This document shows, piece after piece, positions 21,044-32,000 of a stretch of 64,000 nucleotides of DNA. Position numbers and translations under genes: made by a program. The stretch's first letter is position 1; every line of letters starts with the position of its first letter. The stretch is from Lytechinus pictus (lineage: Eukaryota), in NCBI RefSeq assembly GCF_037042905.1, contig NC_087252.1:744001-808000 (forward strand), given 5' to 3'. Below the pieces are notes generated by a model. The model was given only the letters and a program-made list of their open reading frames with translations, was not told where the DNA came from and did not search any database.

Positions 21044-22960
21044 CTATGCCATTCCTAGCTTTGCCCTCTTTAAGGCCATACCGGGGCTTTTCCACCGTGC
21101 CCACAACTTCTTCCCAGCCTCTAACTTTCTTTGATAAACAGATAGATTTAAAAGGTGGCCAAGAGCATTATACTGGAGCCGTTCGACAGGGCGCCTTGTC
21201 CGTCCACTCCTTCTGGTTTGAGTTCCAGGGTCATCAGCGCGGTTTTCGTCTTCGGGGCGGGGGCCATCTCCATCTAGCGTTTGGTTATCAGGACAAGGAG
21301 TGCGGGAAAGAGGCGACTCAACTGCGGGAGGAAGGTCAACTGCGGGAGGAAGGTCGGAGGAAGAAGGAAGGTCATCTATGGCGGATTGGTCATCTACTGA
21401 TGTTCCATCAGATGATATGGCAGGAGAGGAGGGTTCAGTAGTGTAATGTGGGCCATGGATGGAGGGTGGATCCTCTGCAGGGTAATGGGGATGTGTTTCC
21501 TCCCGGGGAGTGTAGGTGTCGCCACTTCGTTGGTGTATATCCGTGACAGTTTCAGGTTCCAAAAGGAGCAGGTCTTCTGTTTCCTCGTTGTGGGGAAGGT
21601 CAGCCCTGGGCGTCTCGGTTCGCTTTAATGTAGCAGAGCCAGATTCTGCTTCAGATTTTAGGACAGGTTCAAGTGGAAGAAACATGCATGGCGTCAGAAG
21701 ATTTCGATGAACAGTCCTCTGTCTCTTCGAGTCAGGCTGTTCGACAATGTACACAGGAAGCTCAGGATGTTTACTGATCACATTGTAAGGTGTTGCCTCC
21801 CATTTGTCCGCCAACTTTTGTCCACCTGTACTTTTGTCCATCACCAGTACACGGTCCCCTGGGAAAAGGGGAGACAACTTAGCCCTTTTGTCGAACTGTG
21901 CCTTCTGATGTTCCTTGGCGGCTCTTGACTTCTTTGCTGCTGTTTCGTAGGCCGTACGGAGACCTTCCCGGAACTGATTAACAAAATCTTCGTAACCTTG
22001 GTTTATGTCTTCATCGGCCACGGAACCAAAGATGACATCCACTGGTAAGTTAGGATGCCTACCAAACATTAAGTAGAAGGGAGCATAGCCTGTGGACTCG
22101 TGTGTTGTAGCATTATACGCATGGGTAAGATGCCCAAGATGGTCTTTCCAGTTAGTTTTCTCACTAGGGTCAAGCGTCCCAACCATGTCAATCAGTGTCC
22201 GGTTGAACCTTTCTGTTGTTCCATTTCCTTGGGGATGGTACGCAGTAGTCCGGCTCTTTTGAATACCAGCAACTTTGCAGAGATCCGCAATGAGGCGGCT
22301 TTCAAAATTCCTTCCCTGATCAGCATGGATTCGGCGGGGAAATCCGTAGTGTACAAAGAAATTCTCCCATAATGTCTTTGCTACTGTTGTCGCAAGCTGA
22401 TCTCTAGTGGGATAGGCCTGTGTATACCTGGTGAAATGATCAGTAATTACCAAGACATTTTCGTAACCTCCTCTAGACCTGTCCAATTTTAGGAAGTCGA
22501 TGCACACTAGTTCCAGAGGCTCGGAAGTATGGATACTGGAGAGGGGAGGGCGATTACTTGAAGTTGGGGTCTTCCTCAAGCAACAGCGCCTACAGGTGAT
22601 ACACCAGTTTTGCACATTCTGTGCCATCCTTGCCCAGTAGAAACGCTTCCGAAGATTTCCCAGTGTCCGGTCTGCTCCGGGGTGACCAACATCATCATGG
22701 AGGTGGCCTAAGACCAGTTTATGATGGCATCGTGGGAGCAACAGTTGATGTCGTTCTACTCCAGTTGGATCCTGGCACCGGCGATGGAGCACTCCAGACC
22801 TTAGCTCCAGCCGCTGAAATTGTCTGAGGATGATTTTAGCATCTGAAGAGCACGCTTGAAACTCCAGTTTGGATGGCTTTGAACCCCTTTCTACAAAGCT
22901 GAAAATTTCGGAGAGATCGGGGTCTGATCTTTGTTGCCTAGCGAGTGTATCTAGGGGGAT
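21044..22960 (-). CDS. pol: Gypsy pol, integrase part, separated from RT/RH by a frameshift
   Basis: H-x4-GHPG...CITC zinc finger, CIDFL, IHADQGRNFES, PQGNGTTER (DDE); frame is open upstream of the listed ORF to about 22960 (IPLDTLARQQRSDPDL). Confidence 0.92.
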   Translation of the reverse strand: MPLDTLARQQRSDPDLSEIFSFVERGSKPSKLEFQACSSDAKIILRQFQRLELRSGVLHRRCQDPTGVERHQLLLPRCHHKLVLGHLHDDVGHPGADRTLGNLRKRFYWARMAQNVQNWCITCRRCCLRKTPTSSNRPPLSSIHTSEPLELVCIDFLKLDRSRGGYENVLVITDHFTRYTQAYPTRDQLATTVAKTLWENFFVHYGFPRRIHADQGRNFESRLIADLCKVAGIQKSRTTAYHPQGNGTTERFNRTLIDMVGTLDPSEKTNWKDHLGHLTHAYNATTHESTGYAPFYLMFGRHPNLPVDVIFGSVADEDINQGYEDFVNQFREGLRTAYETAAKKSRAAKEHQKAQFDKRAKLSPLFPGDRVLVMDKSTGGQKLADKWEATPYNVISKHPELPVYIVEQPDSKRQRTVHRNLLTPCMFLPLEPVLKSEAESGSATLKRTETPRADLPHNEETEDLLLLEPETVTDIHQRSGDTYTPREETHPHYPAEDPPSIHGPHYTTEPSSPAISSDGTSVDDQSAIDDLPSSSDLPPAVDLPPAVESPLSRTPCPDNQTLDGDGPRPEDENRADDPGTQTRRSGRTRRPVERLQYNALGHLLNLSVYQRKLEAGKKLWARWKSPGMALKRAKLGMA

Positions 22961-25490
22961 CGATCATCTCGACGGAGGGTGTTCCCGGTTCGGACTGAAT
23001 TGGGGTGTCTGAGTTGGCAAGTCCAGCAGCTAGCTGGAGGCTTGTAGGATAAATAGAACCAGGTGGGTGGTACCCAGATTGCAATATTGCTGACACTGTT
23101 ACGAGATTGCAGTTGGTCTGTTCAACATCTCGTATTGATTCTGTGGCCTCCGGCAACCTGGAGAGTGCATCTGCTGCTGCGTTGAGTCTTCCACTTCTGT
23201 ATTCAACGCTGAAGTCGAAATCAGCCAGGGCTGCCACCCACCGCTGCCCAGTAGCATCTAGTTTTGCTGAACTGGTTACGTAGAGAAGTGGGTTGTTGTC
23301 GGTTAATACATGAAATCGACGGCCCAGGAGATACTCACGGAACTTATCCACTACAGCCCACTTTAGGCCAAGAAACTCAAGCTTGTGTGCTGGGTATCTA
23401 GCCTCGGCTTGGGTTAAGGCCTTGCTTGCAAATGCGATAACTCTCTTCAACCCATCCTGGACTTGACTTAGGATCGCTCCAAGACCTGCTCCAGATGCGT
23501 CAACCTCGAGAAGGAATGGTTTCTCGAAGTCGGGAAACCCAAGGACCGGGGAAGAAGTTAGCTTGGACTTAAGAGTTTGAAAAGAAGCTTCGCACTCCTC
23601 AGTCCAGATGAAGGGAGGGAGGGGTTTTCTGGCACCCTTGCGTCGTCCACCACCTTCAGTAAGTTGGAACAGTGGCTTAGCTACCTTTGCGTACCCAGGG
23701 ACAAACCGCCGGTAATATCCTGTGAATCCTAGGAATCGCCGCACGTCTCGACTGTTCTTCGGGATCGGCCAGTCTTTCACAGAAGAAGTCTTCTCGGGAT
23801 CTGTCTCAATACCCTCCTGGCTGATGATATGACCAAGGTACTTGACCTTTGTTTGGAGAAGGTGACATTTCCTTGGCTTGAGTTTCAGACCCTGTTGATG
23901 GAGTCGCCCAAGAACTAACTTCAGTCGTTCCAGGTGCTCTTCAAATGTGGTGGAGAAGATGATAATATCATCCAGGTAGATCAGCAGCGAATGAAACTGC
24001 TGGTCACCTAGACATGACGTCATCAACCTCTGGAATGTTGCAGGGGCATTCTGGAGACCAAAAGGCATGCGGACACATTCAAAGAGTCCCATCGGTGTTG
24101 TGAAGGCAGTCTTCGGTCGATCCTCCTCGGCAACCTGTACTTGCCAGTATCCACTTGTAAGGTCAAGGGTGGTGGAATATTTTGCATTCCCCAGGGCATC
24201 CAGCGCCTCGTCGATTCGTGGCATGGGGAAAGCATCTCTCCTTGTCTTACTATTGAGGTGACGATAGTCCACGCAAAGACGAATGGAGCCGTCCTTTTTG
24301 TGTACCACTACGATTGGCGATGCATACGGGCTGTGGCTTTTCTTGATGACCCCAGCTCGTTCCATCTCTAGGATGTGTTCCCTCACCTCTTGGAACTGGG
24401 TAGGCGGTATCCGACGATATGGAAGGCGAAATGGGTCATTGTCGACAAGGGGGATAGCGTGTTCGACCTCCGTGGCACATCCATAGTCGAAGTCATGTTG
24501 AGAGAACACGTCTGAGAATTGAGCGAGAAGATTTTCCAGTCTCGTCCTTTCTGTCTCGGAGATGGGTGAGTTGGTCAAATCTAAGTCTGGAATTGATGCT
24601 GAAGTGTTGCCAATGAAAGAAGGGGTTCCGGGTGGGGTTGAGACTTGTCTCGCTGGGTTTTCCTCGATGGCACAGACCAGAAACAGCTGAGCGAGAGAGA
24701 CATTCTTGCCAATTGTGACTGGTCGATCCGAAACATTCCACACCCGAATCGGGACAAACCCACCTGGTGACACATCCACCAATGTCCTGCCTACCATCAG
24801 ACGTGTCCCTTTTGTTGACTGTCTAAGAGGTTCCACCATGGCTGTACAGCTTGGGCAGGTTCTTGCTACTTGGCACATCACCTCCACCTCAACTCCTGGC
24901 TCTATACGCTTGTTTCGGCCTCGATGGATAGCGTCTCCCAGTTTTCCACTGTCATCTCCTGGTCGATGTCTTTCCACTGCAGAGCATGCAGCAGACCATA
25001 CTCTGCTCTGTCTTGAAACTTCTTGGAGATAGAGTGTGCCATGTCGCTTAACTTGGTCCCGCTGAGCCAACCTGATGAGATTTGTTCCTATGAGAGCATC
25101 AATACCAGGCCCGTAGCTCCCTGGGGGAACGATGAAGGCTGGCACTCGAGGGTAAGTTTGGCCAAGACACTCAACCTCGATGAGGACAATTCCTTCATGG
25201 GACAAAGGGTGACTACCAGCTCCGTTTATCTGTACAGGAGAAGAAATAGGGGTTGTTTTACAGAGGGATGGATGAGAGGCGATGAAGGAAGACGACACAG
25301 TAGTCACCTGTGATCCCGAATCAACCAACGTTGGGACGGGGACACCATTGATGACTACTGTGTCGAGATTTGTGGGACCAACAATGGGAATAGGGTCATG
25401 GACATGGTCTAGGGGGTTGCTTGTGTTATATGGGATTTCCTTGCCCGCACTCTGTTCCTCCACCTTTAGTGCGGGCCGTATCCGTTTAAA
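22938..25490 (-). CDS. pol: Gypsy pol: protease, reverse transcriptase, RNase H
   Basis: LVDSGS (protease), RMPFGL and YLDD (RT), VDASG, LEFLGL, TDNNPL (RNase H); entered by -1 frameshift from gag. Confidence 0.95.
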   Translation of the reverse strand, partial: FKRIRPALKVEEQSAGKEIPYNTSNPLDHVHDPIPIVGPTNLDTVVINGVPVPTLVDSGSQVTTVSSSFIASHPSLCKTTPISSPVQINGAGSHPLSHEGIVLIEVECLGQTYPRVPAFIVPPGSYGPGIDALIGTNLIRLAQRDQVKRHGTLYLQEVSRQSRVWSAACSAVERHRPGDDSGKLGDAIHRGRNKRIEPGVEVEVMCQVARTCPSCTAMVEPLRQSTKGTRLMVGRTLVDVSPGGFVPIRVWNVSDRPVTIGKNVSLAQLFLVCAIEENPARQVSTPPGTPSFIGNTSASIPDLDLTNSPISETERTRLENLLAQFSDVFSQHDFDYGCATEVEHAIPLVDNDPFRLPYRRIPPTQFQEVREHILEMERAGVIKKSHSPYASPIVVVHKKDGSIRLCVDYRHLNSKTRRDAFPMPRIDEALDALGNAKYSTTLDLTSGYWQVQVAEEDRPKTAFTTPMGLFECVRMPFGLQNAPATFQRLMTSCLGDQQFHSLLIYLDDIIIFSTTFEEHLERLKLVLGRLHQQGLKLKPRKCHLLQTKVKYLGHIISQEGIETDPEKTSSVKDWPIPKNSRDVRRFLGFTGYYRRFVPGYAKVAKPLFQLTEGGGRRKGARKPLPPFIWTEECEASFQTLKSKLTSSPVLGFPDFEKPFLLEVDASGAGLGAILSQVQDGLKRVIAFASKALTQAEARYPAHKLEFLGLKWAVVDKFREYLLGRRFHVLTDNNPLLYVTSSAKLDATGQRWVAALADFDFSVEYRSGRLNAAADALSRLPEATESIRDVEQTNCNLVTVSAILQSGYHPPGSIYPTSLQLAAGLANSDTPIQSEPGTPSVEMIDPPRYTR
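25443..25490 (-). promoter_or_regulatory. -1 ribosomal frameshift signal
   Basis: U UUA AAC in gag frame, 7 nt spacer, 9 bp stem GCCCGCACT/AGTGCGGGC. Confidence 0.85.
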
Positions 25491-26443
25491 CGGCTCGCTT
25501 GGGCGATCGCATCCCCTCGGCCCCCGACTTTGTCGTTGCTGGATGGGGCCGGCCTCCGATTTGGACAGTTCCGTCGCCAGTGACTTCTCTGCCCACATTC
25601 ATAGCATTCCGACGGCCTGTTGGCTGCTGCAGGCACTTGAATTTCCATTGCGCTGATGCGCTTTTCCAGGGAAGCCACCCTCTCATCTGTCTTGCCCTGT
25701 TGATCTCTTATATCCGACACCAGACGCAGCACATCCTCGGTGTTTTTGCTAATTTGATTTAGCCGCGCCTGGTTACTGTCATCCTGGATCGAGACCTGTT
25801 GAGAGTAGGCGGCCGCAGGCCTTCTATTCTTCGGATGACGCTCCCGCGAGATTCGTCTAACCTCCTCCCGCAGACTCCTATACGTCATCATCCGGGGCCT
25901 CATTGGAGCTAGTCGGGTGCGTAGATCTTCATCTTTGAGGCCCCGCATGAATTGGGTGCAGAGGACTGAGTCCCTCTGCATGTCGCTAATGGCGGTGGGG
26001 AATTCCCTCTCGATTCCCTGGAATAGCGTCTGCAGTCCTATTGCGTAGGACTGTGCAGACTCTCCAGTTCTCTGCACCCGCTCGTAGAAGGCGGCGAATG
26101 GGTCATCCGTGTAGGAATCCCCATACTCCGCCTTTAACTCTGTGAAGGCATCTGATGCAGTCTGCTCTTCCAGGGGTTGGTTGAGTACTAACCTTCTAGC
26201 CTCCCCACCCAGGTTCCTAACGACCGTCGAATATTGAAGCGAGGGTGGTGTGCGACTTGCAATGAAGAAGTACTCGATGTCTCGCACCCAGTCTTCAATT
26301 GAAATCTTGGAGTCTTTCCCATTGAAAATTGGAACTCCTCTTACTTGAGATACAGCGGTTCCGGATGATTGTTGCATCTCGGGCTGGGTGGTCAGGTTAA
26401 GAGGAGAGTCGAAACTCAGCTCAGCTTCTGCTCGGGTGGCCAT
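25466..26443 (-). CDS. gag: Gypsy gag (PNMA-like capsid with CCHC zinc knuckle)
   Basis: 325 aa ORF; CYECGQRSHWRRNC; located after the PBS. Confidence 0.93.
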   Translation of the reverse strand: MATRAEAELSFDSPLNLTTQPEMQQSSGTAVSQVRGVPIFNGKDSKISIEDWVRDIEYFFIASRTPPSLQYSTVVRNLGGEARRLVLNQPLEEQTASDAFTELKAEYGDSYTDDPFAAFYERVQRTGESAQSYAIGLQTLFQGIEREFPTAISDMQRDSVLCTQFMRGLKDEDLRTRLAPMRPRMMTYRSLREEVRRISRERHPKNRRPAAAYSQQVSIQDDSNQARLNQISKNTEDVLRLVSDIRDQQGKTDERVASLEKRISAMEIQVPAAANRPSECYECGQRSHWRRNCPNRRPAPSSNDKVGGRGDAIAQASRLNGYGPH

Positions 26444-26933
26444 TTTGATTTTGATTTAAATGGACGAAATAAAATACTAAAAAAAACTAAAGTGAAATCC
26501 AATAGATAAATGAGGTTATGGCGGGAAAGCGAAGTTGTGGTTCGGTATATTATAAGGAAAAAAACCCCACTAAAACGCTGTACAAACAAATCGAATGATT
26601 ACTATTACTTATCAAATTCAAGATAGTAAGAATCCTATCAGTAGATCAAGCTAAACATATATTATATAAGATAAAATTTGAAGAATTATATACAAATGAT
26701 AGTCCCGAACAATTAACTGAATTCTTAAGCTAAAACAAAATACTTCTGTTAGATCAGTTTACAAAAAATGCTATTCCTTCTCAGAAGATGCCAGTTCTGA
26801 TCAATGAGACTCCAGAGTCGCTGCCAGTTCTGATCCAGACCTCTGTGACACTGTCAATGTTGGAACACGGTCGTGTGTCCTACTTCCCTCGCAAATTGCC
26901 GTCCTTGTTTTAGAGACTCGCAATCCGTTCACG

Positions 26934-26951
26934 ATCCTGCTGACTACGCCA
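26934..26951 (-). promoter_or_regulatory. Primer binding site, tRNA-Ser type
   Basis: TGGCGTAGTCAGCAGGAT 2 nt inside the 5' LTR boundary, complementary to a tRNA-Ser 3' end. Confidence 0.85.
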
Positions 26952-26953
26952 AA

Positions 26954-27301
26954 TGTAGCCCACGTAATAATTAGAGGTTGGTTACCAAAGATAAGATAGC
27001 TCTTGAGATGAGTCTGTAAAACAGGAGGCAAGTAGAAGATGTTATATGATTGAAACTCGTGAAACGGACTGCGAAGAGTCGAGCGGGTTCCACGAGTCCT
27101 TGGTAATTTGCATATTTCATGAAAGAGGAAGAGTCTGCTGATTTGAATAATGTGTAGGGATAACATCATCGTGTCGTGGGGTCAGGTGTCATGGGTAATT
27201 TGCATAGATAGCGTCATGTAAAAGCTAGCATATCATATACATGACGTAGGAAATATGGTGGGGCATGCATGTATAGTCTATACACCAGTCACTTTGTTAC
27301 A
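26954..27301 (-). repeat. 5' LTR of the Gypsy element
   Basis: 348 bp, TG...CA, next to the PBS; two ATTTGCAT octamer motifs. Confidence 0.96.
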
Positions 27302-29005
27302 ATACTATAGTACAGTTTCTGAAATTCTCCTCAATGATTATTTGAAGAAGAAAAAATTATCGAAATGGTTTATCTCTCACGATTTGCTTCCATTTTTTCT
27401 TTGCCGAAGAATCTTTGTTTGCATCATACCATGTGGAACTTCTATTCTCAATATTTTCACTCTTAACCACCCCTCCAATCTTTCTCTCTGTCTCTCTCTT
27501 TCTCTTTCTGTCAATGGCAATCTCTATATCTTTGCCCCCAAAGCTTTTTAGTTAACAAACCATCTCCTTTTTCCCATTTAATTCTGTTAGCCAAGCGTAT
27601 AGTATGACATCACAACCGTTGGAGGCTCACCGATTCTACCTAAAAGCCATTGAGATATGCGACCAGGTTCTACCAGTCAACCATCACTACACTGCCACTC
27701 TAAATGGACTGGTAATGTCTTTACATAATTTCTCTCTATCATTGCTGAATTTCTGTTTTGCGTTTCACCAAAAAGCGCAATCATTATTTCCCATTCAAGC
27801 TATAACAAAATTATAAGCCACGTTCAGTGCATTAAAGGAATTAAGTAATCCTATCCGTTTACCGCACCTGGGTCAAGTGCAGCATATTGTGGATCAATTT
27901 CTCGCTGAAGGAAATTATGTCATGTCTGGCGTTATAACCAATCACAATCTGTATCAAATTCCCGAGATTCACTGATTGGTCATAATTTTGATGGCCTTGA
28001 TTAGTTAAATCATGAGATATGAAGATAAGTTGAAAATAATATAATATTTTGGTCGAAAAAAGAGACGGTGAGATTCGCTTTTTTAACATGTGTAGTTATA
28101 GGACATCCCCTTGTATGTTCATGTTACAGATTGGAGAGTTATACCAGAACCAGGGAAGGGCAACAGAAGCATTGCAATACCATGTCCTTGACATAATTGA
28201 GACTCAACGCACTGCAGGACTGGGGAAGCCACGAGTAGCGGCCATCTTGAATAATATTGGGTTGTCTTTGATGGACCTCGACCCAACTGGAGAGGACGCC
28301 CTTCCATTTTTCGTTGAGGCCTTGTCCATACTCATCGATGCTTATGGACTAGTGCATGTCGATGTTGCTTCCGTCAGGTAATATTCATTAGTAGGTTGAT
28401 TTCTATGGAAACTTGCATGATAGAAGAGTCGAGCACAATTCAAATTGTAACGTACACTACAAGATACATTGCCTTATAAACTCAATCAATTTGTCTTAAT
28501 CAGGTCATGAAAACTATAGGGCGGTAGCATTCCTACATGACCAAAAGGAGCTAGGATTCGGGTGGGTCCGCATTGTTCTAAGCCTACCAGCCAGTTCCCG
28601 ACATAAACCATAAGCTCTGTGCTTAAGTCAAATCGTTTGCATTTATCACATTTACTAGGTTCTTCATTGCAAACATTTACAATCTGTTCCTACTCTTGGT
28701 TCTGTTTTGTGACATTGTTGTACAATTTCTTTTTCTTCTCTTGTCCACAGAATGAACATAGCTGCCTACTTCTTCAATGCCAAGCTGTACAAGTATTCTC
28801 TCTTTCAATATAAGAGAGCATTTGAGATTTTCAAGGTTTATATGGGATCTCTCCATCCGAAGTCTCAGGAAGCCAGGCAAGGACAGAAAGAGTTGAGGCC
28901 GTTTACCATGGTGCAAAAATAAAGGATCTTCCAAATCATTGCCTAATGTTAGAATTTATGTTACCTCTTTCTTCTAAGCTATTAAATCTTACTTTATATA
29001 CACTA

Positions 29006-32000
29006 CCCAGGTAACAATACAGCGTTGGACCAACGTTGGATCAACGTTGGGAATTTTTTTCCCAACGTTGCCTCAACGTTGGCAGGCCAACGTTGCATCA
29101 TCGATAGAAGTGCACGCGCATACATCGTCAGACCAACAACATTTCCAACGTTAGTTCAACGTTGTCCAGCAACAATGTTTCAACGTTGTCTGGCAACGTT
29201 GATCCAATGTTGGCTAAATAGACAAATACAACATTGCTACAACGTTGGTAAGCAACGTTGTATCATCGATAGAAGTGCACGTCCATACATCGTCAGACCA
29301 ACAACATTTCCAACGTCAGTTCAACGTTGTCCACCATCAATGCTCCAACGTTGGTATAATGTCGGCTGAGTCATCAATAACAGCGTTGCTGCAACGTTGA
29401 TGGGCAACGTTGAAGCAGCGATGGACGTGCACTTGCATACATCGTCAGTCCAACTATGTTTACAACGTTGGTTCAACGCTGTCCAGCAACAATGCTCCAA
29501 CGTTGTCTGGCAACATTGCTCCAACATTGTTACAACGTTGTCACAACGTTGCTCCAACATTGCTCCAACGTTATTCCAACGTATGGCAGTAATTAACAAA
29601 ACATTAATTGGTTTCAAGGTGAAGTCCACCATTACAACTCTACACTCAAATCTTTATCATCATATGTCTTATCCTATCCTAAAATCCTACATCCTAATCC
29701 TATATCCTATTCCTATCATCCTACACCTATCCACTGTAACCTGTCATTGACTCCTATATATAGAGCAACTTTGCTATACTTGGCAGAATACAGTTAATAT
29801 CATTTTCCACACTTAACCTTGAATATTTCACTTAGAATAATATGTTTTGATTATATATGATATGGTAATGGAGCCACATACTTTTCTGAAACTTTTCATG
29901 GTGGAAATATTGAATAAACATAAATACTCTAATTATTATAGCAATATTACCTAAAATTTTGGTCATTTACTGATGTAATGAATATTCATGAGTGCATAAT
30001 CATTGTCCAGATGAGGCAGGTATGGCAGCGTTGGTCCAATGTTGGTCCAACGTTGGGTGACGTTGATCCAACGTTGGTATAATGTTGGTCCAATGTTGAT
30101 GGAAAGTTGATTCAACTTTAGTCCAATGTTAGTCCAACGTTGGCGTAAACGTTGATTCAATGTTTGTCTAATATCGGTTAAATGTTGTTGTAACGTTGAT
30201 TCTTTGTTGGTCTAATTCTAAACAAATCCAACGATGCGCCATCTCCATCAAACAGTTTTCAACACTGTGCCATCATCATCTGTAATCTGTTCATGATTCT
30301 ATCAAAAAACATTACAACTATTATTACAGCTATTCATTTCTTTTCATTCTTTCTGTTACAAGTCTCTTCACATAATTAAGAGAAATCAAGATAATTACGT
30401 GTGATATTTATTGAGGCCTTTGTAGCATTCAAACTTTTTTGACATCCTCTTTTTCTCAAACAAGACTAATACCAAAAAAACATATGCATATGTAATAAAA
30501 ATTAAGATGTATTACATTTTCTTGCGAGTTGCAATCTCTGTTTCTGTCTACAATTGTTTAATGACTCGGTATGCAATGCCAATTGCAACGTCAGTAATCA
30601 TCACAAAAACTCACATGTGTAATTGCAGTCTCTCAGTATTTACAAAATCAAAAAAGGAGGTCGCGTAACTTGGCCTCACTCAGAGTAACGTAGCTACTGC
30701 CTACTGTAACTAAAGAGTGCCTCTTTTTGATTAAGATAGAAGTCAACTGATATCTCAATATGCATGGCCATGGCCTAGTCTCGCTCGTGCCATAACTATT
30801 AAATGATATTTCAGCGTCAAGTGTAGCATGCCTCACATAGCAACTACAGGTTTGACTGCAGTTGGAAAACACTCGGTCCAGGCTAGGCCAGGCAGGACCG
30901 ACCAAGTCAATTCAAGGCAGCGTATAATAAATAAGGCAGGAATGCCAGGTAGCAAGTCATTTGGGTGATTTCAAGTACGGTGTTGATGCGTGAAAGGGCT
31001 GCTGAACTGAGCTCCAACACCAAGCGTAATATTATTTTTCATTGAAATGTATTAAAACTCTAATGATTTGCTCTCATCTTAAATGTAAAAGATAATTTTA
31101 CGGAGATGGTTCGTCGTGTTCGCCCCCTGTTCGTAATAGCTACAGTTCATCAACACCAACACTGAACTTTAAATCACGATTCTCCCAATCCCTGGGGTAC
31201 GTCGGTGTTGCTGAATGGGGAAATTGCTTGTAGATCATCAACACCATGCAGCCACAGTGCAGTGTTGGGTTCAGCAGATGACAATCAACACCAGCCTTCA
31301 ACACAAACTGCCGGAAATACACCATATTTTCCGAGGTCAATCTTAACACCAGCCTGATTCAAGTACGGTGTTGTCACAACACCAACACTAACCCAGGGAG
31401 CTCCGGCCCGCTCAGCGGGCCGGAGCCCAGGGGCTTACCGTGTAATTCACCATACCCACGGTAGTAGCGTGAAGTATGGTCTAAATAATTATCCGGATAA
31501 ATAGTTAAAACAGAAATTAAGCACTTACCACGATTATATGGATGAAGGTCTAACGATTGGCAGCTTCCTGACATCGAGGTCTCAATCGGCCATTTTGTTT
31601 TGAATTCTGAAAGAGGAGAGCTACCGCGACAGAACTTTTCGTTTTTTTAGGTTCCAGTCTGTGCCTCGATGTCAGGAAGCTGCCACTCGTTAGACCTTCA
31701 TCCATATAATCGTGGTAAGTGCTTAATTTCTGTTTTAACTATTTATTCGGATAATTATTTAATATTTAGACCATACTTCACGCTACTACCGTGGGTATGG
31801 TGAATTACACGGTAAGCCCCTGGGCTCCGGCCCGCGCAGCGGGCCGGAGCTCCCTGGGTTACACTCGCACGTATTGCCAGGTTAGTGGGTTACACCCGTT
31901 ACACCAACACCAGATTTCAACACTGTACGTACTTGAATTTTGAAAATCATCCAATGACTGTTGCCTTGCCATTGGTATCGCATACTCGTTCCCACTCACA

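Larger units (their letters stand above)
20554..27301 (-). mobile_element. Full-length Ty3/Gypsy LTR retrotransposon (6748 bp)
   Basis: 348 bp TG...CA LTRs; 4 bp TSD ATAC at 20550-20553 and 27302-27305, confirmed by the empty site near 12948; PBS, PPT; order gag, PR, RT, RH, IN. Confidence 0.97.
20298..28922 (+). pseudogene. Duplicated 3' TPR exon cassette (20298-20443, 27591-27711, 28130-28377, 28751-28922); promoterless partial copy or alternative 3' end
   Basis: All four exons keep frame and splice sites; 3 missense and 3 silent differences from copy 1 seen. Confidence 0.75.

Noticed and set aside
26934..26951. tRNA-Ser gene
   Set aside because: Only the 18 nt 3' end including CCA is present, at the PBS position.
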